64,000 bases of DNA from Heterodontus francisci (Eukaryota): assembly GCF_036365525.1 (NCBI RefSeq), contig NW_027140861.1, forward strand, positions 186,001 to 250,000, in the 5' to 3' direction. The notes beneath the pieces were generated by a model, which saw only the letters and a list, made by a program, of their open reading frames with translations, made no database searches and was not told the DNA's origin. This document shows positions 22,601 through 35,283 of the stretch, in pieces (the first letter of the stretch is position 1; each line of letters opens with the position of its first letter). The position numbers and the translations under genes are program-made.

Positions 22601-25600
22601 TGGGTCAGTACTGAAGGAGTGCTGCATTGTCGGTGGGTCAGTATTGAGGGAAAGCTGCATTGTCAGAGGGTAAGTACTGAGGGAGGGCTGCACTGTCAGA
22701 GGGTAAGTACTGAGGGACAGCTGCATTGTCGGTGGGTCGGTACTGAGGGAGAGCTGCACTGTCGGTGGGTCAGTACTGAAGGAGTGCTGCATTGTCAGAG
22801 GGTCAGTACTGAGGGAGTGCTGCACTGTCATAGGGTCAATACTGAGGGAGGGCTGCACTGTCAGAGGGTAAGTACTGAGGGACAGCTGCATTGTCGGTGG
22901 GTCGGTACTGAGGGAGAGCTGCACTGTCGGTGGGTCAGTACTGAGGCAGTGCTGCACTGTCGGTGGGTCAGTACTGAGGGAGAGCTGCATTGTCAGAGGG
23001 TCAATACTGAGGGAGGGCTGCACTGTCAGAGGGTACGTACTGAGGGACAGCTGCATTGTCGGTGGGTCGGTACTGAGGGAGAGCTGCACTGTCGGTGGGT
23101 CAGTACTGAGGGAGAGCTGCACGGTCAGTGGGTCGGTACTGAGGGAGTGCTGCATTGTCAGAGGGTCAGTACTGAGGGAGTGCTGCACTGTCGGTGGGTC
23201 AGTACTGAGGGAGTGCTGCACTGTCGGTGGGTCAGTACTGAGGGAGTGCTGCATTGTCGGTAGGTCGGTACTGAGGGAGAGCTGCACTGTCGGTGGGTCA
23301 GTACTGAGGGAGGGCTGCACTGTCAGAGGATAAGTACTGAGGGAGTGCTGCACTGTTGGTGGGTCAGTACTGAGGGAGAGCTGCATTGTCAGTGGGTCGG
23401 TACTGAGGGAGTGCTGCATTGTCGGTGGGTCAGTACTGAGGGAAAGCTGCAGTGTTGGTGGGTCAGTACTGAGGGAGTGCTGCACTGTCGGTGGGTCAGT
23501 ACTGAGGGAGAGCTGCACTGTCGGTGGGTCAGTACTGAGGGAGAGCTTCACTGTCGGTGGGTCGGTACAGAGGGTGAGCTGCATTGTCAGAGGGTCAATA
23601 CTGAGGGAGGGCTGCACTGTCAGAGAGTAAGTACTGAGGGACAGCTGCATTGTCAGAGGGTAAGTACTGAGGGAGGGCTGCACTGTCAGAGGGTAAGTAC
23701 TGAGGGAGGGCTGCACAGTCGGTTGGTCAGTACTGAGGGAAAGCTGCATTGTCAGAGGGTAAGTACTGAGGGAGGGCTGCACTGTCAGAGGGTAAGTACT
23801 GAGGGACAGCTGCATTGTCGGTGGGTCGGTACTGAGGGAGAGCTGCACTGTCGGTGGGTCAGTACTGAGGGAGAGCTGCATTGTCGGTGGGTCAGCATTG
23901 AGGGAAAGCTGCATTGTCAGAGGGTAAGTACTGAGGGAGGGCTGCACTGTCAGAGGGTAAGTACTGAGGGAGGGCTGCACTGTCAGAGGGTAAGTACTGA
24001 GGGACAGCTGCATTGTCGGTGGGTCGGTACTGAGGGAGAGCTGCACTGTCGGTGGGTCAGTACTGAGGGAGAGCTGCACTGTCGGTGGGTCAGTACTGAG
24101 GGAGAGCTGCACTGTCGTTGGGTCGGTACTGAGGGAGTGCTGCATTGTCAGAGGGTCAGTACTGAGGGAGTGCTGCACTGTCAGAGGGTCAATACTGAGG
24201 GAGGGCTGCACTGTCAGAGGGTAAGTACTGAGGGACAGCTGCATTGTCGGTGGGTCAGTACTGAGGGAGTGCTGCACTGTCGGTGGGTCAGTACTGAGGG
24301 AGTGCTGCATTGTCGGTGGGTCAGTACTGAGGGAGGGCTGCACTGTCAGAGGGTAAGTACTGAGGGAGTGCTGCACTGTCGGTGGGTCGGTACTGAGGGA
24401 GAGCTGCACTGTCGGTGGGTCAGTACTGAGGGAGGGCTGCACTGTCAGAGGGTAAGTACTGAGGGAGGGCTGCACTGTCAGAGGATAAGTACTGAGGGAG
24501 TGCTGCACTGTCGGTGGGTCAGTACTGAGGGAGAGCTGCATTGTCAGTGGGTCGGTACTGAGGGAGTGCTGCATTGTCGGTGGGTCAGTCCTGAGGGAAA
24601 GCTGCAGTGTCGTTGGGTCAGTACTGAGGGAGTGCTGCACTGTCGGTGGGTCAGTACTGAGGGAGAGCTGCACTGTCGGTGGGTCGGTACAGAGGGTGAG
24701 CTGCATTGTCAGAGGGTCAATACTGAGGGAGGGCTGCACTGTCAGAGAGTAAGTACTGAGGGAGGGCTGCACTGTCAGAGGGTAAGTACTGAGGGAGGGC
24801 TGCACTGTCAGAGGGTAAGTACTGAGGGAGTGCTGCACTGTCGGTGGGTCAGTACTGAGGGAAAGCTGCATTGTCAGAGGGTAAGTACTGAGGGAGGGCT
24901 GCACTGTCAGAGGGTAAGTACTGAGGGAGGGCTGCACTGTCAGAGGGTAAGTACTGAGGGACAGCTGCATTGTCGGTGGGTCGGTACTGAGGGAGAGCTG
25001 CACTGTCGGTGGGTCAGTACTGAAGGAGTGCTGCATTGTCGGTGGGTCAGTATTGAGGGAAAGCTGCATTGTCAGAGGGTAAGTACTGAGGGAGGGCTGC
25101 ACTGTCAGAGGGTAAGTACTGAGGGACAGCTGCATTGTCGGTGGGTCGGTACTGAGGGAGAGCTGCACTGTCGGTGGGTCAGTACTGAAGGAGTGCTGCA
25201 TTGTCAGAGGGTCAGTACTGAGGGAGTGCTGCACTGTCATAGGGTCAATACTGAGGGAGGGCTGCACTGTCAGAGGGTAAGTACTGAGGGACAGCTGCAT
25301 TGTCGGTGGGTCGGTACTGAGGGAGAGCTGCACTGTCGGTGGGTCAGTACTGAGGGAGTGCTGCACTGTCGGTGGGTCAGTACTGAGGGAGAGCTGCATT
25401 GTCAGAGGGTCAATACTGAGGGAGGGCTGCACTGTCAGAGGGTACGTACTGAGGGACAGCTGCATTGTCGGTGGGTCGGTACTGAGGGAGAGCTGCACTG
25501 TCGGTGGGTCAGTACTGAGGGACAGCTGCATTGTCGGTGGGTCAGTACTGAGGGACAGCTGCACTGTCAGTGGGTCGGTCCTGAGGGAGTGCTGCACTGT

Positions 25601-26206
25601 CGGTGGGTCAGCACTGAGGGAGTGCTGCACTGTCGGTGGGTCAGTACTGAGGGAGGGCTGCACTGTCGGTGGGTCAGTACTGAGGGAGGGCTGCACTGTC
25701 AGAGGGTAAGTACTGAGGGAGTGCTGCATTGTCGGTGGGTCGGTACTGAGGGAGAGCTGCACTGTCGGTGGGTCTGTACTGAGGGAGGGCTGCACTGTCA
25801 GAGGGTAAGTACTGAGGGTGTGCTGCACTGTCGGTGGGTCAGTACTGAGGGAGAGCTGCATTGTCAGTGGTTCGGTACTGAGGGAGTGCTGCATTGTCGG
25901 TGGGTCAGTACTGAGGGAAAGCTGCAGTGTCAGTGAGTCAGTACTGAGGGAGAGCTGCATTGTCAGTGTGTCGGTACTGAGGGAGGGCTGCATTGTCAGA
26001 GGGTCAGTACTGAGGGAGTGCTGCACTGTCGGTGGGTCAGTACTGAGGGACAGCTGCATTGTCGGTGGGTCGGTACTGAGGGAGAGCTGCACTGTCGGTG
26101 GGTCAGTACTGAAGGAGAGCTGCACTGTCGGTGGGTCAGTACTGAGGGACAGCTGCACTGTCAGTGGGTCGGTCCTGAGGGAGTGCTGCAGTGTCGGAGG
26201 TGCCAT
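16681..26206 (+). mobile_element. DeuSINE (SacSINE1-like) remnant hosting the 33-bp array
   Basis: Head GGTAGCACTCTCACCTC...GCACAAAATCTAGGCTGATACT..GTGCAGTACTGAGGGAGTGCTGCACTGTCGGAGG before the array; SINE continuation CGGAGGTGCC right after it. Confidence 0.75.
16766..26200 (+). repeat. 33-bp minisatellite AGTACTGAGGGAGTGCTGCACTGTCGGTGGGTC, ~285 copies, with higher-order blocks
   Basis: 11-aa periodic ORFs on both strands; identical 280-aa ORFs at 20474 and 22421 (offset 1947 = 59 units). Confidence 0.98.
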
Positions 26207-26410
26207 ATACAGGTTAAGAGAGTGGATGATGCTGTGGTAAATGGTGTTTAATGTGGGGAAGTGAGTCGTCATCCACTTTGGACACAACAAAGATAAATGG
26301 TGAAAAACTCAGGACTATTGAGAATCAAAGCGATTTGTTTTAAAAAACAAGAAATGCTGGAAATGTTCAGCCGATCAGGCAGCATCAGTGGTGAGAAAAA
26401 CCACGTTAAT
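26207..26410. mobile_element. Short CR1 RT fragment (+) followed by a decayed Penelope-terminus fragment (-)
   Basis: TTTAATGTGGGGAAGTG..GTCATCCACTTTGG (FNVGK..V.HFG); AAAAACAAGAAATGCTGGAAATGTTCAG..TCAGGCAGCATC. Confidence 0.6.
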
Positions 26411-27044
26411 AATCCGGTGTTTACTGAGGTGGGATTTTCTAGCTGGGGAGAAGAGTTCAGACTGGGTAACCCCTGACTCCATATTTAGATGGCAGCGTGG
26501 AGTTTTAACTACACATTGTGCATTTGTTTTTTTAACAGGTTCCCTGCCCCAATCCCCAGTCTGATTGACAGGCTCAGCTCTCTGGAGGGAGTGAAACACT
26601 GCAGAAAGGCTCGAGCTCAGGAGCAGGAAGTTTCATGCTGCTTAGGGTAAAGATTGCAGGGTCACAGAGGGTGGGGTGGGGGGCGGGTGAGGGGGGTTAC
26701 AGCAAGGTGTCGAGGGTCCGGGTGGGATCGTGTGGGGGATGGGGGTCAGAGAGAGATGGGGCAGAGATGGTGGATCAGAGACAATACAGAATGATCAGAG
26801 GGGAGGGTGTGTCATATATCAGAGAAAGAGAAGGAAAGGGTCAAGGAGCAATCATAGAGGAATTAGAGGGAATACAGATAGAGATCAGAGGGAGAAATCT
26901 GAGGGAGAGTTTGGTGGGAGAAATTGGTAGGGGGCCTATGGGAGATCAGAGGGAGATTTTGGAGGGGGATCAGGGTGAGATTGGAGCGGTGGGGGATAAA
27001 TCTGAGGGAGATTTTGGAGGGAACTGGGTGAGATTGGAGGAATG

Positions 27045-30000
27045 TCACAGAGAGATTGGAGGGTGTGGTCACAGAGAGATCAGAGGGAGAGATTGGAGGG
27101 TGTGGTCACAGAGAGATCAGAGAGAGAGATTGGAGGGTGTGGTCACAGAGAGATCAGAGAGAGAGATTGGAGGGTGTGGTCACTGAGAGATCAGAGGGAG
27201 AGATTGGAGGGTGTGGTCACAGAGAGATCAGAGGGAGAGATTGGAGGGTGTGGTCACAGAGAGATCAGAGGGAGAGATTGGAGGGTGTGGTCACAGAGAG
27301 ATCAGAGGGAGAGATTGGAGGGTGTGGTCACAGAGAGATCAGAGAGAGTGATTGGAGGGTGTGGTCACAGAGAGATCAAAGGGAGAGATTGGAGGGTGTG
27401 GTCACAGAGAGATCAGAGGGAGAGATTGGAGGGTGTGGTCACAGAGAGATCAGAGAGAGTGATTGGAGGGTGTGGTCACAGAGAGATCAGAGGGAGAGAT
27501 TGGTGGGTGTGGTCACAGAGAGATCAGAGGGAGAGATTGGAGGGTGTGGTCACAGAGAGATCAGAGGGAGAGATTGGTGGGTGTGGTCACTGAGAGATCA
27601 GAGGGAGAGATTGGAGGGTGTGGTCACAGAGAGATCAGAGAGAGAGATTGGAGTGTGTGGTCACAGAGAGATCAGAGGGAAAGATTGGAGTGTGTGGTCA
27701 CAGAGAGATCAGAGAGAGTGATTGGAGGGTGTGGTCACAGAGAGCTCAGAGGGAGAGATTGGTGGGTGTGGTCACAGAGAGATCAGAGAGAGAGATTGGA
27801 GGGTGTGGTCACAGAGAGATCAGAGGGAAAGATTGGAGTGTGTGGTCACAGAGAGATCAGAGAGAGAGATTGGAGAGTGTGGTCACAGAGAGATCAGAGG
27901 GAGAGATTGGTGGGTGTGGTCACTGAGAGATCAGAGGGAGGGATTGGAGGGTGTGGTCACAGAGAGATCAGAGAGAGAGATTGGAGGGTGTGGTCACAGA
28001 GAGCTCAGAGGGAGAGATTGGAGGGTGTGGTCACAGAGAGCTCAGAGGGAGAGATTGGAGGGTGTGGTCACTGAGAGATCTGAGGGAGAGATTGGTGGGT
28101 GTGGTCACAGAGAGATCAGAGGGAAAGATTGGAGGGTGTGGTCACAGAGAGATCAGAGAGAGTGATTGGAGGGTGTGGTCACAGAGAGATCAGAGAGAGA
28201 GATTGGAGGGTGTGGTCACAGAGAGATCAGAGGGAGAGATTGGAGGGTGTGGTCACAGAGAGATCAGAGGGAGAGATTGGAGGGTGTGGTCACAGAGAGA
28301 TCAGAGGGAGAGATTGGAGGGTGTGGTCACAGAGAGATCAGAGGGAGAGATTGGAGGGTGTGGTCACAGAGAGCTCAGAGGGAGAGATTGGAGGGTGTGG
28401 TCACAGAGAGATCAGAGGGAGAGATTGTAGGGTGTGGTCACAGAGAGGTCAGAGGGAGAGATTGGTGGGATGTCACAGACAGATCAGAGGGAGAGATTGG
28501 AGGGTGTGGTCACAGAGAGATCAGAGGGAGAGATTGGAGGGTGTGGTCACAGAGAGATCAGAGGGAGAGATTGGAGGGTGTGGTCACAGAGAGATCAGAG
28601 GGAGAGATTGGAGGGTGTGGTCACAGAGAGATCAGAGAGAGAGATTGGAGTGTGTGGTCACAGAGAGATCAGATGGAAAGATTGGAGTGTGTGGTCACAG
28701 AGAGATCAGAGAGAGTGATTGGAGGGTGTGGTCACAGAGAGCTCAGAGGGAGAGATTGGTGGGTGTGGTCACAGAGAGATCAGAGAGAGAGATTGGAGGG
28801 TGTGGTCACAGAGAGATCAGAGGGAAAGATTGGAGTGTGTGGTCACAGAGAGATCAGAGAGAGAGATTGGAGAGTGTGGTCACAGAGAGATCAGAGGGAG
28901 AGATTGGTGGGTGTGGTCACTGAGAGATCAGAGGGAGGGATTGGAGGGTGTGGTCACAGAGAGATCAGAGAGAGAGATTGGAGGGTGTGGTCACAGAGAG
29001 CTCAGAGGGAGAGATTGGAGGGTGTGGTCACAGAGAGCTCAGAGGGAGAGATTGGAGGGTGTGGTCACTGAGAGATCAGAGGGAGAGATTGGTGGGTGTG
29101 GTCACAGAGAGATCAGAGGGAAAGATTGGAGGGTGTGGTCACAGAGAGATCAGAGAGAGTGATTGGAGGGTGTGGTCACAGAGAGATCAGAGAGAGAGAT
29201 TGGAGGGTGTGGTCACAGAGAGATCAGAGGGAGAGATTGGTGGGTGTGGTCACAGAGAGATCAGAGGGAGAGATTGGAGGGTGTGGTCACAGAGAGATCA
29301 GAGGGAGAGATTGGAGGGTGTGGTCACAGAGAGCTCAGAGGGAGAGATTGGAGGGTGTGGTCACAGAGAGATCAGAGGGAGAGATTGTAGGGTGTGGTCA
29401 CAGAGAGGTCAGAGGGAGAGATTGGTGGGATGTCACAGAGAGATCAGAGGGAGAGATTGGAGGGTGTGGTCACAGAGAGATCAGAGGGAGAGATTGGAGG
29501 GTGTGGTCACAGAGAGATCAGAGGGAGAGATTGGAGGGTGTGGTCACAGAGAGATCAGAGGGAGAGATTGGTGGGTGTGGTCACAGAGAGATCAGAGGGT
29601 GAGATTGGAGGGTGTGGTCACAGAGAGATCAGAGGGAGAGATTGGTGGGTGCGGTCACAGAGAGCTCAGAGGGAGGGATTGGAGGGTGTGGTCACAGAGA
29701 GATCAGAGGGAGAGATTGGTGGGTGTGGTCACAGAGAGGTCAGAGGGAGGGATTGGAGGGTGTGGTCACAGAGAGGTCAGAGGGAGAGATTGGTGGGATG
29801 TCACAGAGAGATCAGAGGGAGAGATTGGAGGGTGTGGTCACAGAGAGATCAGAGGGAGAGATTGGAGGGTGTGGTCACAGAGAGCTCAGAGGGAGAGATT
29901 GGAGGTTGTGGTCACAGAGAGATCAGAGGGAGAGATTGGAGGGTGTGGTCACAGAGAAATCAGAGGGAGAGATTGGAGGGTGTGGTCACAGAGAGATCAG

Positions 30001-33000
30001 AGGGAGAGATTGGAGGGTCTGGTCACAGAGAGATCAGAGGGAAAGATTGGAGGGTCTGGTCACAGAGAGATCAGAGGGAGAAATTGGAGGGTGTGGTCAC
30101 AGAGAGATCAGAGGGAAAGATTGGAGGGTGTGGTCACAGAGAGGTCAGAGGGAGAGATTGGAGGGTGTGGTCACAGAGAGATCAGAGAGAGAGATTGGAG
30201 GGTGTGGTCACAGAGAGGTCAGAGGGAGAGATTGGAGGGTGTGGTCACAGAGAGATCAGAGGGAGAGATTGGAGGGTCTGGTCACAGAGAGATCAGAGAG
30301 AGAGATTGGAGGGTCTGGTCACAGAGAGATCAGAGGGAGAGATTGGAGGGTGTGGTCACAGAGAGATCAGAGGAAGAGATTGGAGGGTGTGGTCACAGAG
30401 AGATCAGAGGGAGAGATTGGAGGGTGTGGTCACAGAGAGATCAGAGGGAGAGATTGGAGGGTGTGGTCACAGAGAGATCAGAGGGAGAGATTGGAGGGTG
30501 TGGTCACAGAGAGGTCAGAGGGAGAGATTGGAGGGTGTGGTCACAGAGAGATCAGAGGGAGAGGTTGGAGGGTGTGGTCACAGAGAGATCAGAGGGAGAG
30601 ATTGGAGGGTGTGGTCACAGAGAGATCAGAGGGAAAGATTGGAGGGTGTGGTCACAGAGAGATCAGAGAGAGTGATTGGAGGGTGTGGTCACAGAGAGAT
30701 CAGAGGGAGAGATTGGAGGGTGTGGTCACAGAGAGATCAGAGGGAGAGATTGGTGGGTGTGGTCACAGAGAGATCAGAGGGAGAGATTGGAGGGTGTGGT
30801 CACAGAGAGCTCAGAGGGAGAGATTGGAGGGTGTGGTCACAGAGAGATCAGAGGGAGAGATTGTAGGGTGTGGTCACAGAGAGGTCAGAGGGAGAGATTG
30901 GTGGGATGTCATAGAGAGATCAGAGGGAGAGATTGGAGGGTGTGGTCACAGAGAGATCAGAGGGAGAGATTGGAGGGTGTGGTCACAGAGAGATCAGAGG
31001 GAGAGATTGGAGGGTGTGGTCACAGAGAGATCAGAGGGAGAGATTGGTGGGTGTGGTCACAGAGAGATCAGAGGGAGAGATTGGAGGGTGTGGTCACAGA
31101 GAGATCAGAGGGAGAGATTGGTGGGTGTGGTCACAGAGAGCTCAGAGGGAGGGATTGGAGGGTGTGGTCACAGAGAGATCAGAGGGAGAGATTGGTGGGT
31201 GTGGTCACAGAGAGGTCAGAGGGAGGGATTGGAGGGTGTGGTCACAGAGAGGTCAGAGGGAGAGATTGGTGGGATGTCACAGAGAGATCAGAGGGAGAGA
31301 TTGGAGGGTGTGGTCACAGAGAGATCAGAGGGAGAGATTGGAGGGTGTGGTCACAGAGAGCTCAGAGGGAGAGATTGGAGGTTGTGGTCACAGAGAGATC
31401 AGAGGGAGAGATTGGAGGGTGTGGTCACAGAGAAATCAGAGGGATAGATTGGAGGGTGTGGTCACAGAGAGATCAGAGGGAGAGATTGGAGGGTCTGGTC
31501 ACAGAGAGATCAGAGGGAAAGATTGGAGGGTCTGGTCACAGAGAGATCAGAGGGAGAAATTGGAGGGTGTGGTCACAGAGAGATCAGAGGGAAAGATTGG
31601 AGGGTGTGGTCACAGAGAGGTCAGAGTGAGAGATTGGAGGGTGTGGTCACAGAGAGATCAGAGAGAGAGATTGGAGGGTGTGGTCACAGAGAGGTCAGAG
31701 GGAGAGATTGGAGGGTGTGGTCACAGAGAGATCAGAGGGAGAGATTGGAGGGTCTGGTCACAGAGAGATCAGAGAGAGAGATTGGAGGGTCTGGTCACAG
31801 AGAGATCAGAGGGAGAGATTGGAGGGTGTGGTCACAGAGAGATCAGAGGAAGAGATTGGAGGGTGTGGTCACAGAGAGATCAGAGGGAGAGATTGGAGGG
31901 TGTGGTCACAGAGAGATCAGAGGGAGAGATTGGAGGGTGTGGTCACAGAGAGATCAGAGGGAGAGATTGGAGGGTGTGGTCACAGAGAGGTCAGAGGGAG
32001 AGATTGGAGGGTGTGGTCACAGAGAGATCAGAGGGAGAGGTTGGAGGGTGTGGTCACAGAGAGATCAGAGGGAGAGATTGGAGGGTGTGGTCACAGAGAA
32101 ATCAGAGGGAGAGATTGGAGGGTGTGGTCACAGAGAGATCAGAGGGAGAGATTGGAGGGTCTGGTCACAGAGAGATCAGAGGGAAAGATTGGAGGGTCTG
32201 GTCACAGAGAGATCAGAGGGAGAGATTGGTGGGTCTGGTCACAGAGAGATCAGAGGGAAATATTGGAGGGTGTGGTCACAGAGAGGTCAGAGGGAGAGAT
32301 TGGAGGGTGTGGTGACAGAGAGATCAGAGGGAGAGATTGGAGGTTGTGGTCACAGAGAGGTCAGAGGGAGAGATTGGAGGGTGTGGTCACAGAGAGATCA
32401 GAGGGAGAGATTGGAGGGTCTGGTCACAGAGAGATCAGAGAGAGAGATTGGAGGGTCTGGTCACAGAGAGATCAGAGGGAGAGATTGGAGGGTGTGGTCA
32501 CAGAGAGATCAGAGGGAAAGATTGGAGGGTGTGGTCACAGAGAGATCAGAGAGAGTGATTGGAGGGTGTGGTCACAGAGAGATCAGAGAGAGAGATTGGA
32601 GGGTGTGGTCACAGAGAGATCAGAGGGAGAGATTGGTGGGTGTGGTCACAGAGAGATCAGAGGGAGAGATTGGAGGGTGTGGTCACAGAGAGCTCAGAGG
32701 GAGAGATTGGAGGGTGTGGTCACAGAGAGATCAGAGGGAGAGATTGTAGGGTGTGGTCACAGAGAGGTCAGAGGGAGAGATTGGTGGGATGTCACAGAGA
32801 GATCAGAGGGAGAGATTGGAGGGTGTGGTCACAGAGAGATCAGAGGGAGAGATTGGAGGGTGTGGTCACAGAGAGATCAGAGGGAGAGATTGGAGGGTGT
32901 GGTCACAGAGAGATCAGAGGGAGAGATTGGAGGGTGTGGTCACAGAGAGATCAGAGGGAGAGATTGGTGGGTGTGGTCACAGAGAGATCAGAGGGAGAGA

Positions 33001-34855
33001 TTGGAGGGTGTGGTCACAGAGAGATCAGAGGGAGAGATTGGTGGGTGTGGTCACAGAGAGCTCAGAGGGAGGGATTGGAGGGTGTGGTCACAGAGAGATC
33101 AGAGGGAGAGATTGGTGGGTGTGGTCACAGAGAGGTCAGAGGGAGGGATTGGAGGGTGTGGTCACAGAGAGGTCAGAGGGAGAGATTGGTGGGATGTCAC
33201 AGAGAGATCAGAGGGAGAGATTGGAGGGTGTGGTCACAGAGAGATCAGAGGGAGAGATTGGAGGGTGTGGTCACAGAGAGCTCAGAGGGAGAGATTGGAG
33301 GTTGTGGTCACAGAGAGATCAGAGGGAGAGATTGGAGGGTGTGGTCACAGAGAAATCAGAGGGAGAGATTGGAGGGTGTGGTCACAGAGAGATCAGAGGG
33401 AGAGATTGGAGGGTCTGGTCACAGAGAGATCAGAGGGAAAGATTGGAGGGTCTGGTCACAGAGAGATCAGAGGGAGAAATTGGAGGGTGTGGTCACAGAG
33501 AGATCAGAGGGAAAGATTGGAGGGTGTGGTCACAGAGAGGTCAGAGGGAGAGATTGGAGGGTGTGGTCACAGAGAGATCAGAGAGAGAGATTGGAGGGTG
33601 TGGTCACAGAGAGGTCAGAGGGAGAGATTGGAGGGTGTGGTCACAGAGAGATCAGAGGGAGAGATTGGAGGGTCTGGTCACAGAGAGATCAGAGAGAGAG
33701 ATTGGAGGGTCTGGTCACAGAGAGATCAGAGGGAGAGATTGGAGGGTGTGGTCACAGAGAGATCAGAGGAAGAGATTGGAGGGTGTGGTCACAGAGAGAT
33801 CAGAGGGAGAGATTGGAGGGTGTGGTCACAGAGAGATCAGAGGGAGAGATTGGAGGGTGTGGTCACAGAGAGATCAGAGGGAGAGATTGGAGGGTGTGGT
33901 CACAGAGAGGTCAGAGGGAGAGATTGGAGGGTGTGGTCACAGAGAGATCAGAGGGAGAGGTTGGAGGGTGTGGTCACAGAGAGATCAGAGGGAGAGATTG
34001 GAGGGTGTGGTCACAGAGAAATCAGAGGGAGAGATTGGAGGGTGTGGTCACAGAGAGATCAGAGGGAGAGATTGGAGGGTCTGGTCACAGAGAGATCAGA
34101 GGGAAAGATTGGAGGGTCTGGTCACAGAGAGATCAGAGGGAGAGATTGGTGGGTCTGGTCACAGAGAGATCAGAGGGAAAGATTGGAGGGTGTGGTCACA
34201 GAGAGGTCAGAGGGAGAGATTGGAGGGTGTGGTCACAGAGAGATCAGAGAGAGAGATTGGAGGTTGTGGTCACAGAGAGGTCAGAGGGAGAGATTGGAGG
34301 GTGTGGTCACAGAGAGATCAGAGGGAGAGATTGGAGGGTCTGGTCACAGAGAGATCAGAGAGAGAGATTGGAGGGTCTGGTCACAGAGAGATCAGAGGGA
34401 GAGATTGGAGGGTGTGGTCACAGAGAGATCAGAGGGAGAGATTGGAGGGTCTGGTCACAGAGAGATCAGAGAGAGAGATTGGAGGGTGTGGTCACAGAGA
34501 GGTCAGAGGGAGAGATTGGAGGGTGTGGTCACAGAGAGATCAGAGGGAGAGATTGGAGGGTGTGGTCACAGAGAGATCAGAGAGAGAGATTGGAGGGTGT
34601 GGTCACAGAGAGATCAGAGGGAGAGATTTGAGGGTCTGGTCACAGAGAGATCAGAGAGAGAGATTGGAGGGTGTGGTCACAGAGAGGTCAGAGGGAGAGA
34701 TTGGAGGGTGTGGTCACAGAGAGATCAGAGGGAGAGATTGGAGGGTGTGGTCACAGAGAGATCAGAGAGAGAGAGTGGAGGGTGTGGTCACAGAGAGATC
34801 AGAGAGAGAGATGGGAGGGTCTGGTCACAGAGAGATCAGAGAGAGAGATTGGAGG
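27045..34855 (+). repeat. 37-bp purine-rich minisatellite GATTGGAGGGTGTGGTCACAGAGAGATCAGAGGGAGA, ~210 copies, with degenerate GA-rich flanks (26740-27045, 34855-35115)
   Basis: 37-aa periodic ORFs in all three + frames; 1920-bp near-perfect duplication (e.g. 31081 = 33001) and a 997-bp duplication (27722/28719). Confidence 0.98.
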
Positions 34856-35115
34856 CAGGTCAGGGAGTGATCCAAAGAAGAGTTTGGAAGGGGTCAGGGA
34901 CAGATCGAAGGGAGAGATTAGAGGGAGACTGGAGGGAGAAATTCGAAGGAGGTTTCGGGGAGACTGGAGGGAGAGATAGGAGGGAGGTTGGTGTGAGATT
35001 GGAGGGAGAGATCAGAGGGAGGATAGGGGTGAAATTGGAAGGAGAGATTGGAGGGAACAATCGGAGGGAGAGACTGGAAGGAGGTCAGTGTGAGATTGGA
35101 GAGAGCGATCAGGGG

Positions 35116-35283
35116 AGGTTCTGGGACAACTCAGAATGCACCTATTCAAGAATAGACCAACCTCCACTCAACAGAACGCCTCAAGAAAGAAGACGGTGCC
35201 ACAGCAGCTCGGGAAGCAAGGACCAAGGACACCCTATATCCTGCTGCACAACTACTGCTGTTGGTTAAGTATTGCTTGTATAT
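35116..35283 (+). mobile_element. Partial LTR related to the LTR at 40358-40653
   Basis: 35116-35217 aligns without gaps to 40416-40517, 79/102 identical by hand count; similarity continues with indels to ~35283. Confidence 0.75.

Noticed and set aside
19157-26290. 2377-aa Ser/Thr/Pro-rich mucin-like ORF and the antisense Cys/His-rich ORFs
   Set aside because: The 33-bp unit is a multiple of 3 and stop-free on both strands; it derives from a SINE; there is no signal peptide or unique domain, and the start lies in a CR1 scrap
26539-26646. Possible + strand exon after TTTTTTTAACAG
   Set aside because: Donor is weak, the peptide is unrecognisable and no partner exons were found
1-34855. CRISPR-like arrays
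   Set aside because: Head-to-tail repeats without unique spacers, no cas genes, vertebrate context
27042-35268. Long Arg/Glu/Gly-rich ORFs up to 1196 aa
   Set aside because: The same peptide appears in all three frames, a consequence of a stop-free 37-bp unit
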